Positions 1 through 9,554 of a DNA stretch of 64,000 nt are shown piece after piece; position 1 is the stretch's first letter, and each line of letters opens with the position of its first letter. Position numbers and translations under genes: made by a program. The stretch covers positions 1,952,001 to 2,016,000 of the forward strand of contig OZ241892.1 of the NCBI GenBank assembly GCA_965203485.1. The letters run 5' to 3'. The notes under the pieces are model-generated. The model saw only the letters and a program-made list of their open reading frames with translations, was not told where the DNA came from and did not search any database. The stretch is from Longimicrobiales bacterium. Lineage in GTDB: Bacteria; Gemmatimonadota; Gemmatimonadetes; Longimicrobiales; Gaopeijiaceae.

Positions 1-1
1 G

Positions 2-58
2 CGCATTCGTCTCTACGAGACGGCCGTCGAACTCCGGTGGCCGGGGACGGACAACTAG
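2..58 (+). CDS. 3' end of a gene entering from the left edge (RIRLYETAVELRWPGTDN*); possibly the methyltransferase partner of the Eco29kI-like nuclease
   Basis: Open frame from 2 to TAG at 56-58, overlapping the stop of the convergent Eco29kI-like gene. The product is guessed from context only. Confidence 0.3.
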   Translation, partial: RIRLYETAVELRWPGTDN

Positions 59-618
59 CAGTTATCGACTGCCGCCAGAATCGTTGCGCGGTCTTCCGTA
101 GCCTTGAGTCGACTTGCCCACTCACGCCCCGGGTGCAAGATATCCCAGCGCGGGCGGGCGCTAGCCCGTCGGCCGCGCCCTGGATCATGGTTTCCGAACC
201 CGTCAATCACGGTGTTCCATAGAGGCCGAAAGTGGCTCAGCAATAATTGTTCTGCCAGGGATATCCACACCGGAACAACGACCAAGTAGCGGCAAGTCGT
301 CTTCGCAAGCGACAGGTTCGTGGCTTGAGTGATCGACTTCGTATGATCTTGCAGGCGACGGAACAGTGCACGATCTACTGGACGGCGGGCTTGGCCACCT
401 CCTTTTCGGCTACCCGAAGGCATAGCCTTGCCTACGTAGATCGGAACGTCAAGGGCTACCTTTGTATCTCTGTATTCGAGCGACCCTGTATAGTAGATGG
501 CATAGACGCCCGACCCAGTGACATCGGGCGGCAGGGGTCTGGGTGCTCGATCCAAGAGAGCGTTCACGATGCTTCGGGCCAGGTTCTCGTAATCTAACGG
601 ATCATAGACTCCACTCAT
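55..618 (-). CDS. Eco29kI-family GIY-YIG restriction endonuclease
   Basis: Motifs GSGVYAIYY, PIYVGKA, RYLVV..VWISLAE, PLWN..IDGFGNHDPGRGR, WDILHPGR. ATG at 618 (MSGVYDPLDYENL). Confidence 0.9.
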   Translation of the reverse strand: MSGVYDPLDYENLARSIVNALLDRAPRPLPPDVTGSGVYAIYYTGSLEYRDTKVALDVPIYVGKAMPSGSRKGGGQARRPVDRALFRRLQDHTKSITQATNLSLAKTTCRYLVVVPVWISLAEQLLLSHFRPLWNTVIDGFGNHDPGRGRRASARPRWDILHPGREWASRLKATEDRATILAAVDNC

Positions 619-783
619 TGGCCTGCTTGCCTCCAGCGTCGCCACCGAAAGTCGTAGGCACACGGGCCCGCGATCGTCATTCTATCTCCTTACGCTACTT
701 CTTGTCCGGGCAGGCATGGCTCTGGGATGGATGAATGTCCTTCTTCTTCGTCATTGCTCGCGTGTCAATTCCGTCGCTACCGG

Positions 784-1089
784 CTAGGGTCGGCGACCGG
801 ATGGGAATCTACCGGGACCCCGAGAAATGGCCGCGCGGGTGGAGCGGGGCGTGGCCTCGAAGAGGGGCGCGGGCAACTGCCGCTGCTCGATTTCGGACAC
901 GACCCGGTCGATGCCGCTGCCCCGCCCGTCGGCTAGGGCCGCCGCGTTGGACGGCGCCGAGATGTATTCGCCGACGTCTTGGGGGGCGTTGTGGTTGGCC
1001 TTGAATTCCAGCCAGTCGGTCTCTTGGGGCAACCGGCGCAGCTCCCGCACCAAGCTCAAGAGGCAGTCGCGGCTCGGCGGGCTGGTCAC
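784..1089 (-). pseudogene. Internally deleted remnant of an AlbA_2 (Schlafen-like) / HATPase_c_4 'RecG-like' DNA-binding protein
   Basis: N-terminal LVRELRRLPQETDWLEFKAN...GEYISAPSNAAAL is fused directly to the much more C-terminal motif RGSGIDRVV..IE..QLPAPLF, and the similarity is then lost. Confidence 0.7.
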
Positions 1090-1332
1090 GTGGGCGTCCT
1101 CTGCGCGGGCGGCGGTGCTTGGGCCGGCGGGAGCGCAACATGCGCCGGAGCCGCGGCGGCCGCAAGGCAACGGCGGGGGCGTCCTTCCTCTTCTCAACCC
1201 CGTTTCGGCCTTCCAGGTCAAGTTCCATCAAGAAACCAACTCCTTGCCCTGCAACGGCTTTACAAGAGTTCCGGGGATTGTAAGCGAACGACGACGGGCA
1301 CAAGGCGCATCCGCTGCGGCCGGACAAATTGC

Positions 1333-2676
1333 CTATGCGATCTGTCCTAGAACGCGCAACCGCTCCCGAATCCAGCTTGCCACGTGGTCCAAGCCCACCC
1401 GCTCCTGGGCGAGCGTGTCGCGGTCGCGAATGGTGACGCTCTGGTCCTCCGCCGTGTCGCCGTCCACCGTGACGCACCACGGCGTGCCGGCTTCGTCTTG
1501 GCGGCGGTAGCGGCGGCCGATGGAGCCGGCCACGTCGTGGAAGGATGGGATGCGGTCGCGGCGGAGAGACTCGTGGAGGGCGGCGGCGGTCTCGGGCATC
1601 CCGTGCTTCTTGACCAGCGGGAAGACGGCGGCCTTGACGGGCGCCAAGCGCGGATGCAAGCCCAGGACGACGCGCGACTCGCCGCCGACCTCCTCCTCGC
1701 GGTAGGCGTCCACGAGCAACGCGAGCACGGAGCGCCCCACGCCCATGGCCGTCTCGACCACGTAGGGCAGGTAGCGCTCGCCCGATCCGGGGTCGATGTA
1801 GAGCAGCCGCTTGCCCGAGAATTCCTGGTGGCGCGAGAGGTCGAAGTCGGTGCGGTTGTGGATGCCTTCCAACTCCTGCCAGCCGAAGGGGAACTCGTAC
1901 TCGATGTCCGAGGCGGTCTTGGCGTAGTGGGCAAGCTGGTCCGGCCCGTGCTCGGCCAACCGGAGCCTGCCGGCCCGGACGCCCATTTCCTTGTGCCACG
2001 CCAGCCGCTGGTCGCGCCAATAGCCGAACCACTCGTCGTCGGAACCCGGCGCGACGAAGAACTGCATTTCGGCCTGCTCGAACTCGCGCGTCCGGAAGAT
2101 GAAGTTGCCCGGCGTGATCTCGTTGCGGAACGCCTTGCCCAGCTGGGCGACGCCGAACGGGACCCGCTTGCGCGACGTTTGCTGGACGTTCAGGAAGTTG
2201 ACGTAGCTGCCCTGGGCCGTCTCGGGACGCAAGTAGACGGCCGCGGCGTCTTCCTCGACCGGCCCCATGAACGTCTTGAACATGAGGTTGAAGAGCCGGG
2301 GATCGCCGATCTCGCAGTCCCCGTGGCCGCCCGGGGCCACCGACGGCTTGCGCGGGCAGGCGCTCTCGTCGAGATGGTCGGCCCGCCAGCGCCGCTTGCA
2401 CGTCTTGCACTCCAGCAGAGGGTCCGAGAAGCCCTCGACGTGTCCCGACGCCTCCCAGACCCGGGGATGCATGAGGATGCCGGCGTCCAGCCCCTCCACG
2501 TCGTCGCGGGCGTGGACCATGGCGGACCACCACGCGTCCGCCACGTTGCGGCGCAACTCCACGCCCAGCGGCCCGTAGTCCCAGACCGACGCGGCGCCGC
2601 CGTAGATCTCGGACGACTGGAAGACGAAGCCACGGCGCTTGCACAGCGAGACGATCTGGTCCATGCGGTCGGGCAC
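1333..2676 (-). CDS. glyQS: Glycine--tRNA ligase (alpha2, eukaryote/archaea-like class II)
   Basis: KRRGFVFQSSEIYGG, WEASGHVEGFSDP, YLRPETAQG, FRNEITPGNFIFRTREFEQAE, C-terminal anticodon domain GSIGRRYRRQDEAGTP. Confidence 0.97.
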   Translation of the reverse strand: MPDRMDQIVSLCKRRGFVFQSSEIYGGAASVWDYGPLGVELRRNVADAWWSAMVHARDDVEGLDAGILMHPRVWEASGHVEGFSDPLLECKTCKRRWRADHLDESACPRKPSVAPGGHGDCEIGDPRLFNLMFKTFMGPVEEDAAAVYLRPETAQGSYVNFLNVQQTSRKRVPFGVAQLGKAFRNEITPGNFIFRTREFEQAEMQFFVAPGSDDEWFGYWRDQRLAWHKEMGVRAGRLRLAEHGPDQLAHYAKTASDIEYEFPFGWQELEGIHNRTDFDLSRHQEFSGKRLLYIDPGSGERYLPYVVETAMGVGRSVLALLVDAYREEEVGGESRVVLGLHPRLAPVKAAVFPLVKKHGMPETAAALHESLRRDRIPSFHDVAGSIGRRYRRQDEAGTPWCVTVDGDTAEDQSVTIRDRDTLAQERVGLDHVASWIRERLRVLGQIA

Positions 2677-2750
2677 GTGGGCGTTCCTCGGCGGGGTCCG
2701 GTGGCGCGGGGTTCAGCGGCGCGGGTTGGAGTGGGCGGCGTGGGGCGGGT

Positions 2751-3779
2751 TCACCGGCTGGGCTGGGGACTGGCGGCTCTCCCGTCCGGCCCGATCACGG
2801 GCGCGCCCGTGACTTCGGCGCTCCATGCCCACAGCCGCTCTTGGTCCTGCTCGTCCTCAGCGGCGGGAGACGGAGCGGCGGGCGTCCCGCGGTCGAAATA
2901 GCCGCCGTTCAAGTTCTCGTCCGGTCTGCCAACCGCAAGATCGGCGACGATGGGCCCGGCCGACTCCGGCGCGGCGACCGGGAAGGAACTGCCGAACGGC
3001 TCTCCCCCGGCCACGTAGTCCTTGAGCAGGTCCGTGTCGTACACGCCGGGGCCGAGCGCGAGGGACTGCACGGCCGGGGGCCGGACCACGGGCGATGCCG
3101 CGCTCGAGGACGGAGCCGGGGCCGAGCGCGAAGCCCCTGGCGACGACGCGCGCCGCACCTGGGAGCCGGTTCGCCGCGCGAGCGTCTTGGCGAAGAGGAC
3201 GTTCGCGAGCTTGCTCTGCTGATAGGCTTCGCGGGGGGCGTAACGCTTCCGCCGGTAGTTGGGGTCGTCGAAATCGAACGCCGGCCCGTGGTGCGCGCCG
3301 GACGACACCGTGATCACGCGCGCGGCGCCGGAGCCGCGCTGCAACGCCGGCATCAACAGACACGAAAGCAGGAAGTGGGCCAGGTGATTGACCGCCAGCT
3401 GAAGCTCGAACCCGTCGCGGCTCTCGGTTCTGGCGCCGGGCAACACGGCGGCGTTGTTGACCAGGGCGGCGAGCGGGCCGCCCAGAGCGGCTACGGCGGC
3501 GGCGGCCCGGCGCACCGAATCCAGCGAAGCCAGGTCGACGGACACCACCTCGTGCGAACGCGTGCCCGCGGGCGCAACCAACTTCTCGGCGGCCTCGCGG
3601 CCCAGGCGCTCGCTCCGGCAAAGGAGAACGACGGAATGGCCGACCTGGGCGACTTCCCGCGCCGCGGCGAAGCCCACGCCCCGGTTGGCGCCCGTGATGG
3701 CGACCGGGGCAAGTTCGTCAGTCGGCTCCGCGGGCGATCGCGGGCTCGGGGCGGAGCTGTCGGCGGGACGCTCGGGCAA
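2751..3779 (-). CDS. SDR family NAD(P)-dependent oxidoreductase (retinol dehydrogenase/WWOX-like)
   Basis: TGANRGVG, VDLASLDSVR, NNAA, NHLAHF, VSS, YQQSK catalytic YxxxK. Confidence 0.9.
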   Translation of the reverse strand: MPERPADSSAPSPRSPAEPTDELAPVAITGANRGVGFAAAREVAQVGHSVVLLCRSERLGREAAEKLVAPAGTRSHEVVSVDLASLDSVRRAAAAVAALGGPLAALVNNAAVLPGARTESRDGFELQLAVNHLAHFLLSCLLMPALQRGSGAARVITVSSGAHHGPAFDFDDPNYRRKRYAPREAYQQSKLANVLFAKTLARRTGSQVRRASSPGASRSAPAPSSSAASPVVRPPAVQSLALGPGVYDTDLLKDYVAGGEPFGSSFPVAAPESAGPIVADLAVGRPDENLNGGYFDRGTPAAPSPAAEDEQDQERLWAWSAEVTGAPVIGPDGRAASPQPSR

Positions 3780-3839
3780 GGACGTGGATTCCTTCAGCGA
3801 GTTGGGCGGGTCGCGGGCAAGGCGCCGGTCCTTCGAGTC

Positions 3840-4385
3840 CTATGTCGGCGGCCCGGCCGGATGCAGTGCGCATTCCGGCGGCTGAAGGCGGGTCCACGAC
3901 AACGAGACGACCCGCCACGTTTCCGTCTCGGGGTTCCGTGCCAGCAACAGGCCGTCAACGCCGCAATGGCTGAACCGCTCGCCCACATAGAAGTCGTAGG
4001 GCGTCCACACCATGGCAAGATCGCCGCTGATCCGCACCTCCGGATCGAACATGCGCTCCGTGAGCACCGCGTCGCTGCCCTCCACCCGGGCGACCAGCTC
4101 GTCCAAGGTGGACGTCGAAACGGTTCTCGCGCCGTCTGCGGACCGCTCCACCGAGTGCATCCGAACTTGCGGGTGCAGTACCCGCCGCAACGTCTCGCCG
4201 TCCCCGGAGGCCAGGGCATCGAAGATGGACTGAACGGCTGCCAGCACGGCCTCGCGGTCGGTGTCCGTGGGGATGTGGCGGGCGCCCGCCGGCACCGAAG
4301 CGCCCAGCGGCTCGTCGCCCGGCGGCATGCAACCCGGGACCGCCGGAACGAAGGCCGCGACCACCGTCAGCGCCGCGCGCTTCAT
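3840..4385 (-). CDS. NTF2-like (DUF4440/SnoaL-like) putative lipoprotein
   Basis: Signal-like N-terminus ending ...VPGC; ERMFDPEVRISGDLAMVWTPYDFY...FSHCGVD pattern. Start uncertain (4385-4451). Confidence 0.75.
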   Translation of the reverse strand: MKRAALTVVAAFVPAVPGCMPPGDEPLGASVPAGARHIPTDTDREAVLAAVQSIFDALASGDGETLRRVLHPQVRMHSVERSADGARTVSTSTLDELVARVEGSDAVLTERMFDPEVRISGDLAMVWTPYDFYVGERFSHCGVDGLLLARNPETETWRVVSLSWTRLQPPECALHPAGPPT

Positions 4386-4801
4386 GATCTTCTCCGCTCG
4401 TTCAGACACCTCGCCTCGCCCCATCCGTTTTTCCTTGATGCCAAGGGACACCTTTTCACGCGGAATCCAATCCTACTCGTGCCAATGGAACGGGGGAAGA
4501 GCCTCCATGCCGGGCTGGTTCATCGGCTGACCGAAGGGTAGATGCTCGGCCAACCGTCCGCAAACCGCTTCGCGCGACGGACCACGCAACGATCGGCCAA
4601 TCGCAAAGCGTTCGGGGACTCGTTGGCCGGCGGTCCCGTCGCGCCGTATGCTTGTACTTGCTCAACCCGAGCCGGCAAAGACGCCGCCGGAGGAACCGCG
4701 CCGCGAGAGCGTTCGCTTGGAGGAAGACTTGCTGCAGGACGAGGACAGCCGGATCCGGGTCGTGGTCGCGAGTCGTCCCGGCCGACTGCGCGGCGAGCGC
4801 C

Positions 4802-5887
4802 TTGACGGCTGAGGGCTGGCGTTCGGCTCCTGAGGCCCGCCCCGTCGGCGTCGAACCCTTCGAGGCCACCTACGGGGCCGGGTTCGAGGCCCAGGAGGAC
4901 GGGCCGGAGGCGATCGAGTGCGAAGTGGCGGAGGACGGCGGCGACTTTCGCCTTCACGAGGCCGTGCTCGCCGAGCGGCCCGACCGGCTGTGCTTCGTGG
5001 ACGGCGTCATGCGGACGGAAGCGCGTCTGACTCGGGTGGGGCGCGGGGGCGAGATGCGCTTCGGGTTGGCGGGGAGCTGGGCCGCGGGGGCGGTCGTCGT
5101 GGATGCGCATGGTCCGGCGCGGATCGCGGAGGTGGACCAGGGCCGCGTGGTGGTGTTCTCGGGGGGCGAGGCCGTCGAGTTGCCGCGTCACCAGGGCGGA
5201 TGGGAGTGGACGCCGCTGGCGGTGGAAGGCGAAGACGTGGCCGCGGCCCGAGACCGCCTGCGCGACGAAATGCGGGCGGCCGAGGCGAAGGTCGCGGCCC
5301 GGGTCGGCGCCGACGGGTTCGTGGTCGTCTTCGACGGCCCGTTGCGTTCGTTGCGGCGAAGCGCGAGCGGGAGCGGCCAAGCGATGGGCTACGTCAAGAC
5401 GCACCACCGCCGAACGCTGCCCGCGGAGGAGTGGCGCCAGGTGCCGAACCTCCAGGCAGGCCAGCGTACCAGCCTGTTCGCGATGCCGGTCGGGATGTAC
5501 GCGTGCTACGTTCGCGTGGGACTGCCCGGGCCCTGGGCGGGCGGATGGGCGGGCGTCGCCCGGCTCGAAGTCCCTCAAGACGCCGGCCTGGAAGCGGCGG
5601 CGGCCACGGCGGACAAGGCGGCGGCATGGTTGCCCGCGTTCGCGACCGCCCTGCACCGCAACGCCCGCGCACCCGTCAACCTGACGCCGGTCGCCGGCCT
5701 GGAGAAGCATCTGCGCCGCTTGCTGGGGAACCCGGAGCTGGCAGTGCGGGCCGTCCGGGAAGCGGTCGTGGAACTCAACCGGAAGGAGCAGGCAAGAGTG
5801 AGCGCGGCAAGCACGAGAGAAGCGGGCGACGACGCGCGGCCGCCGGGCGACGGCCGGGCCGCGGACGGCCCAATGCGCGCGAAGTGA
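4802..5887 (+). CDS. nurA: NurA-family nuclease (DNA double-strand-break resection)
   Basis: Acidic motifs FVDGV and VVFDGPL, GYVKTH, G(Q)RTSLF, C-terminal RAPVNLTPVAGLEKHLRRLLG. GTGA overlap with herA. TTG start at 4802 is inferred. Confidence 0.8.
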   Translation: MTAEGWRSAPEARPVGVEPFEATYGAGFEAQEDGPEAIECEVAEDGGDFRLHEAVLAERPDRLCFVDGVMRTEARLTRVGRGGEMRFGLAGSWAAGAVVVDAHGPARIAEVDQGRVVVFSGGEAVELPRHQGGWEWTPLAVEGEDVAAARDRLRDEMRAAEAKVAARVGADGFVVVFDGPLRSLRRSASGSGQAMGYVKTHHRRTLPAEEWRQVPNLQAGQRTSLFAMPVGMYACYVRVGLPGPWAGGWAGVARLEVPQDAGLEAAAATADKAAAWLPAFATALHRNARAPVNLTPVAGLEKHLRRLLGNPELAVRAVREAVVELNRKEQARVSAASTREAGDDARPPGDGRAADGPMRAK

Positions 5888-7707
5888 GCGGCGGCGCCCC
5901 CCCTCGAATCGGGCTCGTGGACGGGTCCGCCGACAGCGATTCGCGGCGATTCTTCCTGGTGCTGGAGCCGGACCAGCTGGTCCAGCTCGACGACCTCGTC
6001 GCGGTGACCACGGAATTGCCCGGCGGCGAGCAAGTCGTCCACTACGGCATCGTCACCGAGATCACATCGCGCCTCGAAGGAGCCGAGTTCCCCTCCGACA
6101 CCGCCCGTTTCGCGGACCGAACGCTGCCCGCCGAGCACGTGCGCCGGGCCGAAGTCCGGGTGCTGCGGGTCGTGCCGGAGCTGTTCGTGTCGCCGCACGC
6201 GGGCACCGCGGCCTTCCGCGCCAGCGGCGACCATCGCAAGCGGGCGCTCTTCGAGGACGAGATGACACGGGGAATGCTGCCGGTGGGGCTGGACACGGGA
6301 GGCTCTCCGGTGCACGCCGACATGCGCTTCGTGGACGGGCGCTCCGGGGGGCACGTGTCGATTTCGGGCATCTCGGGCGTCGCGACCAAGACGTCGTACG
6401 CGCTCTTCCTCCTGTACCAGCTGCTCGAAACGAAGCGCGGCATGGACCTCTTGGGCGGGCGGGCCGGCCGCGAGAACGTCCGCGCGCTGGTCTTCAACAC
6501 GAAGGGCGAGGACCTGCTTCACGTGGACCGGCCGAACTCCGAGTTCGCCGACAAGCCGGACGCCCGCGAGGACTGGGCGAAGCTGGGCGTCGAGGAGCCG
6601 GGGCCGTTTCGGTCCGTTCGGTTGTACGCGCCCCGCCAGAGCGAATCGGCGGCCACGGCCGTGCCCGCCGTCAAGTCGCGCGACACTGGCGACGTGAAAG
6701 CCTACGGCTGGACGCCCGAGCAGTTCGTGCGCGAGCAGCTGCTGCAGTTCTGCTTCACGTCGGCCGACGAGCGGTCCACTCAGGTGGGCTTCGTGGAACA
6801 GCAGTTTCGCATCCAGCTGCTGCGCCATCTTCGGCGTTTGGAGGGCGACGAAACGGGCGCCGTCGTGATCGCCCGCGATGCCAACGCCGGCGCCGGCTTC
6901 AACCCCGACAAGCTGGCGGAGCCCGAACCACCGGAGGCGACCGCGGGCGAGGGCCACGTGATCCGCAACTTCCGCGACTTCGTGGACTTCGCCGAGTCGC
7001 TGGCCGACCGGGACGACGACGAAGCCGGCCGCTGGTTCGGCCGCACCCAGGCCGGTACGCGCCAAGCCTTCCTCCGCCGCGTCCTGCGGCTGCGGCGCCA
7101 CGTCGGACCCTTGGTGGCCTGCGGCTTGAAGCCCGTCTCCCACGAGAACGCGCGCGTGCACATAGTAGACATCTCGACGCTCCACGACGACGCCCAGCGC
7201 TTCGTGGTGGGCGCTCTGCTGGACCACGTGTGGCGCGAGAAGCAGGGCGCCGGGCGCGAGCCGCTTCGCTTCGTCGTGCTGGACGAACTCAACAAGTACG
7301 CGCCCGCCACCGGCTACTCGCCGCTCAAGGAGCTTCTGGTGGACATCGCCGAACGCGGCCGCTCGCTCGGCGTGCTGCTGATCGGCGCCCAGCAGGCGGC
7401 CTCCGCCGTCGCCCAAGCCCTGCCCCGCAACGCGTCGCTCAAGGTCGCAGGCAGGCTGGACGCCGGCGAGTCCGACGCCTACCGCTTCCTGACGCCCTCC
7501 CTGCGCGAGCGCGCGTCGCGCTTCATGCCCGGCAGAGTGGTCGTCGCCCAACCGGTCGTGCCCGAACCGGTCCCCGTGCGGTTTCCGTTCCCGCCGTTCG
7601 CCACGAACCCCGAGGAAGCGCAGGAGGACAAAGCCGAAGACAAGCGGAGAGCGGACGAGATCGCCCGCAGGACCAAGGCGTTCGGCGGAGGCGACTTGGA
7701 CTTGTGA
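5884..7707 (+). CDS. herA: HerA helicase/ATPase (HAS barrel + FtsK-HerA ATPase)
   Basis: N-terminal VQLDDLV...YGIV barrel, variant Walker A HVSISGISGVATKT, VFNTKGEDL, Walker B VVLDELNKYAP, ERGRSLGVLLIGAQQ. Confidence 0.88.
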   Translation: MSGGAPPRIGLVDGSADSDSRRFFLVLEPDQLVQLDDLVAVTTELPGGEQVVHYGIVTEITSRLEGAEFPSDTARFADRTLPAEHVRRAEVRVLRVVPELFVSPHAGTAAFRASGDHRKRALFEDEMTRGMLPVGLDTGGSPVHADMRFVDGRSGGHVSISGISGVATKTSYALFLLYQLLETKRGMDLLGGRAGRENVRALVFNTKGEDLLHVDRPNSEFADKPDAREDWAKLGVEEPGPFRSVRLYAPRQSESAATAVPAVKSRDTGDVKAYGWTPEQFVREQLLQFCFTSADERSTQVGFVEQQFRIQLLRHLRRLEGDETGAVVIARDANAGAGFNPDKLAEPEPPEATAGEGHVIRNFRDFVDFAESLADRDDDEAGRWFGRTQAGTRQAFLRRVLRLRRHVGPLVACGLKPVSHENARVHIVDISTLHDDAQRFVVGALLDHVWREKQGAGREPLRFVVLDELNKYAPATGYSPLKELLVDIAERGRSLGVLLIGAQQAASAVAQALPRNASLKVAGRLDAGESDAYRFLTPSLRERASRFMPGRVVVAQPVVPEPVPVRFPFPPFATNPEEAQEDKAEDKRRADEIARRTKAFGGGDLDL

Positions 7708-7717
7708 GAGCGGCGCC

Positions 7718-8080
7718 CTAGTCGCAGCCGTAGCGAATGGACAGTCTGTCGCCCGGCGGAGGGCCTTCGATCGCAACCTCGAAGTCGCCTAGGGTGCCGA
7801 TCAGTCCCTTGCCGTTTCCGAAACGATCGCCTCTCTTGCCGTCGGCGTTCACCCGGTAAGCGATGATGGTGATGAACCGGCCCGTGTAGCCCGCCGCCAA
7901 GACCCCCTCGATCTCGAGCCATCCGCCGCCTTTGGCGAACTGGTTTTCTTCCCAGTGGAACGACCAGTCTTCGATGGTGCAGGCCGTCTGCGCGTCCTCG
8001 ACTCCCGCCACCGTGCCGGCGGCGAGCGCGACGGCGCCCGTGGTCACGACCGCGATTCCCAGCTTGTTCCGTTTCGTCAT
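7718..8080 (-). CDS. Small secreted hypothetical protein (two Cys)
   Basis: MTKRNK followed by a hydrophobic stretch (signal peptide). 120 aa, filling the herA-sbcD gap. Confidence 0.65.
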   Translation of the reverse strand: MTKRNKLGIAVVTTGAVALAAGTVAGVEDAQTACTIEDWSFHWEENQFAKGGGWLEIEGVLAAGYTGRFITIIAYRVNADGKRGDRFGNGKGLIGTLGDFEVAIEGPPPGDRLSIRYGCD

Positions 8081-8293
8081 GCCGTTGCTTCTTTGTTCGG
8101 CCCCGCCGAGATCGCGATACAGGCCGCGCCGGGGCATCCGCATCCTGCCTGTCGGCCTCGTCTCACTTCACTGGCAGGGCGCAGGGCATAGCAAGGTACA
8201 GCGACCCTCTGACACGACCCGGACGCTCGACGAGCCGTCGCCGGGGCCGTCTCCCAGCCTTGTCTAGTCGGTCCGCCGGAGTAGATTGCCGCC

Positions 8294-9553
8294 GTGAAGC
8301 TCCTCCACACCTCCGACTGGCATCTGGGCGCGCGGCTGGGCCGTCACGACCGCACGCCCGACCAGCGAGACGCCTTGCGCGGACTCCTGGACATCGCCCA
8401 GGACGCCGAGCCCGACCTCATCGTCCACGCGGGCGACCTCTTCGACGCGTTCAGGCCGCCGTACGCCGCCCTGCGCCTAGGAGTGCGCGCCTTGAACCGG
8501 CTGGCGGAGGTGGCGCCCACGCTCGTGGTCCGGGGCAACCACGACTCGCCCGAGCTGTTTCGGGTGATCGACGAGCTGGCGGGCGCAAGGAAGTCCAACC
8601 GTCTTCGGCTGGTAGTGGAACCGACGGTCGTCGAGTACCCGAAGATCGCGGACCAGCCGGTGGCGGTGGCCTGCGTCCCGTTCATCCCCCCGGGGGCGAT
8701 CGTGGACTACGCCTCCGACGACGACGCCCGCTTCGAGGGCGCCTACGCCGACGGCATCAGGGCCGTGAACCGGCGGCTGCTCGGCGAAGCGGAGGAGCGG
8801 GCGGGCCGGCGCGGCATCGTCCTCTACGCCGCCCACCTCCATCTTCACGGAGCCAAGCCCGCCGCCTCGGAGCGGCGGCTCACGGTGGGCGAAGACTACG
8901 CGGCCCACCCCGAAGGACTGCAACGCGCGCTCTACTGCGCCTTCGGGCACATCCACGACCCCCAGATCGTGCCGGGAGGGACGGCCAGAGGACGCTACGC
9001 GGGCTCGCTGGTGCCGCTGGACTTCGGCGAGGCGACGCAGGCCAAGGAGGCGGTCGTGGTGGAGATCGGCGACGACGTGCGGGTGGAGCCCGCAAGGTTG
9101 CCGTCCACCGGCCGCCCGCTGCGCCGCTTCGTGGGCACGCTGGACGAGATGGAGGACGAAGCCCAGGACGGCGGATGGGACGGCGTCATTCTCAAGGCGC
9201 GCGTCCGCTCCGAGCATCCCATTCCCGACTTGGCGGACCGGGTGCAGAAGTGGTCGCCCCAGTGCGCCGTCTTCAACTTGGCCAACGAAGTGGAGAGCCG
9301 CCGCGTCAAGGCGATCGAGCCGGGCGAAGGCGACAGCGACGCGGACGAGCCGCCGATGCCCAAGCTCTTCGCGGAGTGGCGAGACGGCGCGGCGACGAGC
9401 GCCAAGGCGCCGGACGAAGTCGTGAACCGGTTGTTCGCGGACGCCCTGGACGGCGCGGCGCAGGAAGGCGGCTTGGACTTCGGCGCCGACGCGCTGGAGG
9501 AGCGCGCGCAGAGCGTGCTGGAGTCGCTCGGGGCGGCGAGGCGGAGCGGCTGA
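8294..9553 (+). CDS. sbcD: Mre11/SbcD metallophosphoesterase exonuclease
   Basis: LLHTSDWHLG, AGDLFD, GNHD, AHLH, FGHIH, YAGSL..LDFGE. Confidence 0.93.
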   Translation: MKLLHTSDWHLGARLGRHDRTPDQRDALRGLLDIAQDAEPDLIVHAGDLFDAFRPPYAALRLGVRALNRLAEVAPTLVVRGNHDSPELFRVIDELAGARKSNRLRLVVEPTVVEYPKIADQPVAVACVPFIPPGAIVDYASDDDARFEGAYADGIRAVNRRLLGEAEERAGRRGIVLYAAHLHLHGAKPAASERRLTVGEDYAAHPEGLQRALYCAFGHIHDPQIVPGGTARGRYAGSLVPLDFGEATQAKEAVVVEIGDDVRVEPARLPSTGRPLRRFVGTLDEMEDEAQDGGWDGVILKARVRSEHPIPDLADRVQKWSPQCAVFNLANEVESRRVKAIEPGEGDSDADEPPMPKLFAEWRDGAATSAKAPDEVVNRLFADALDGAAQEGGLDFGADALEERAQSVLESLGAARRSG

Positions 9554-9554
9554 C

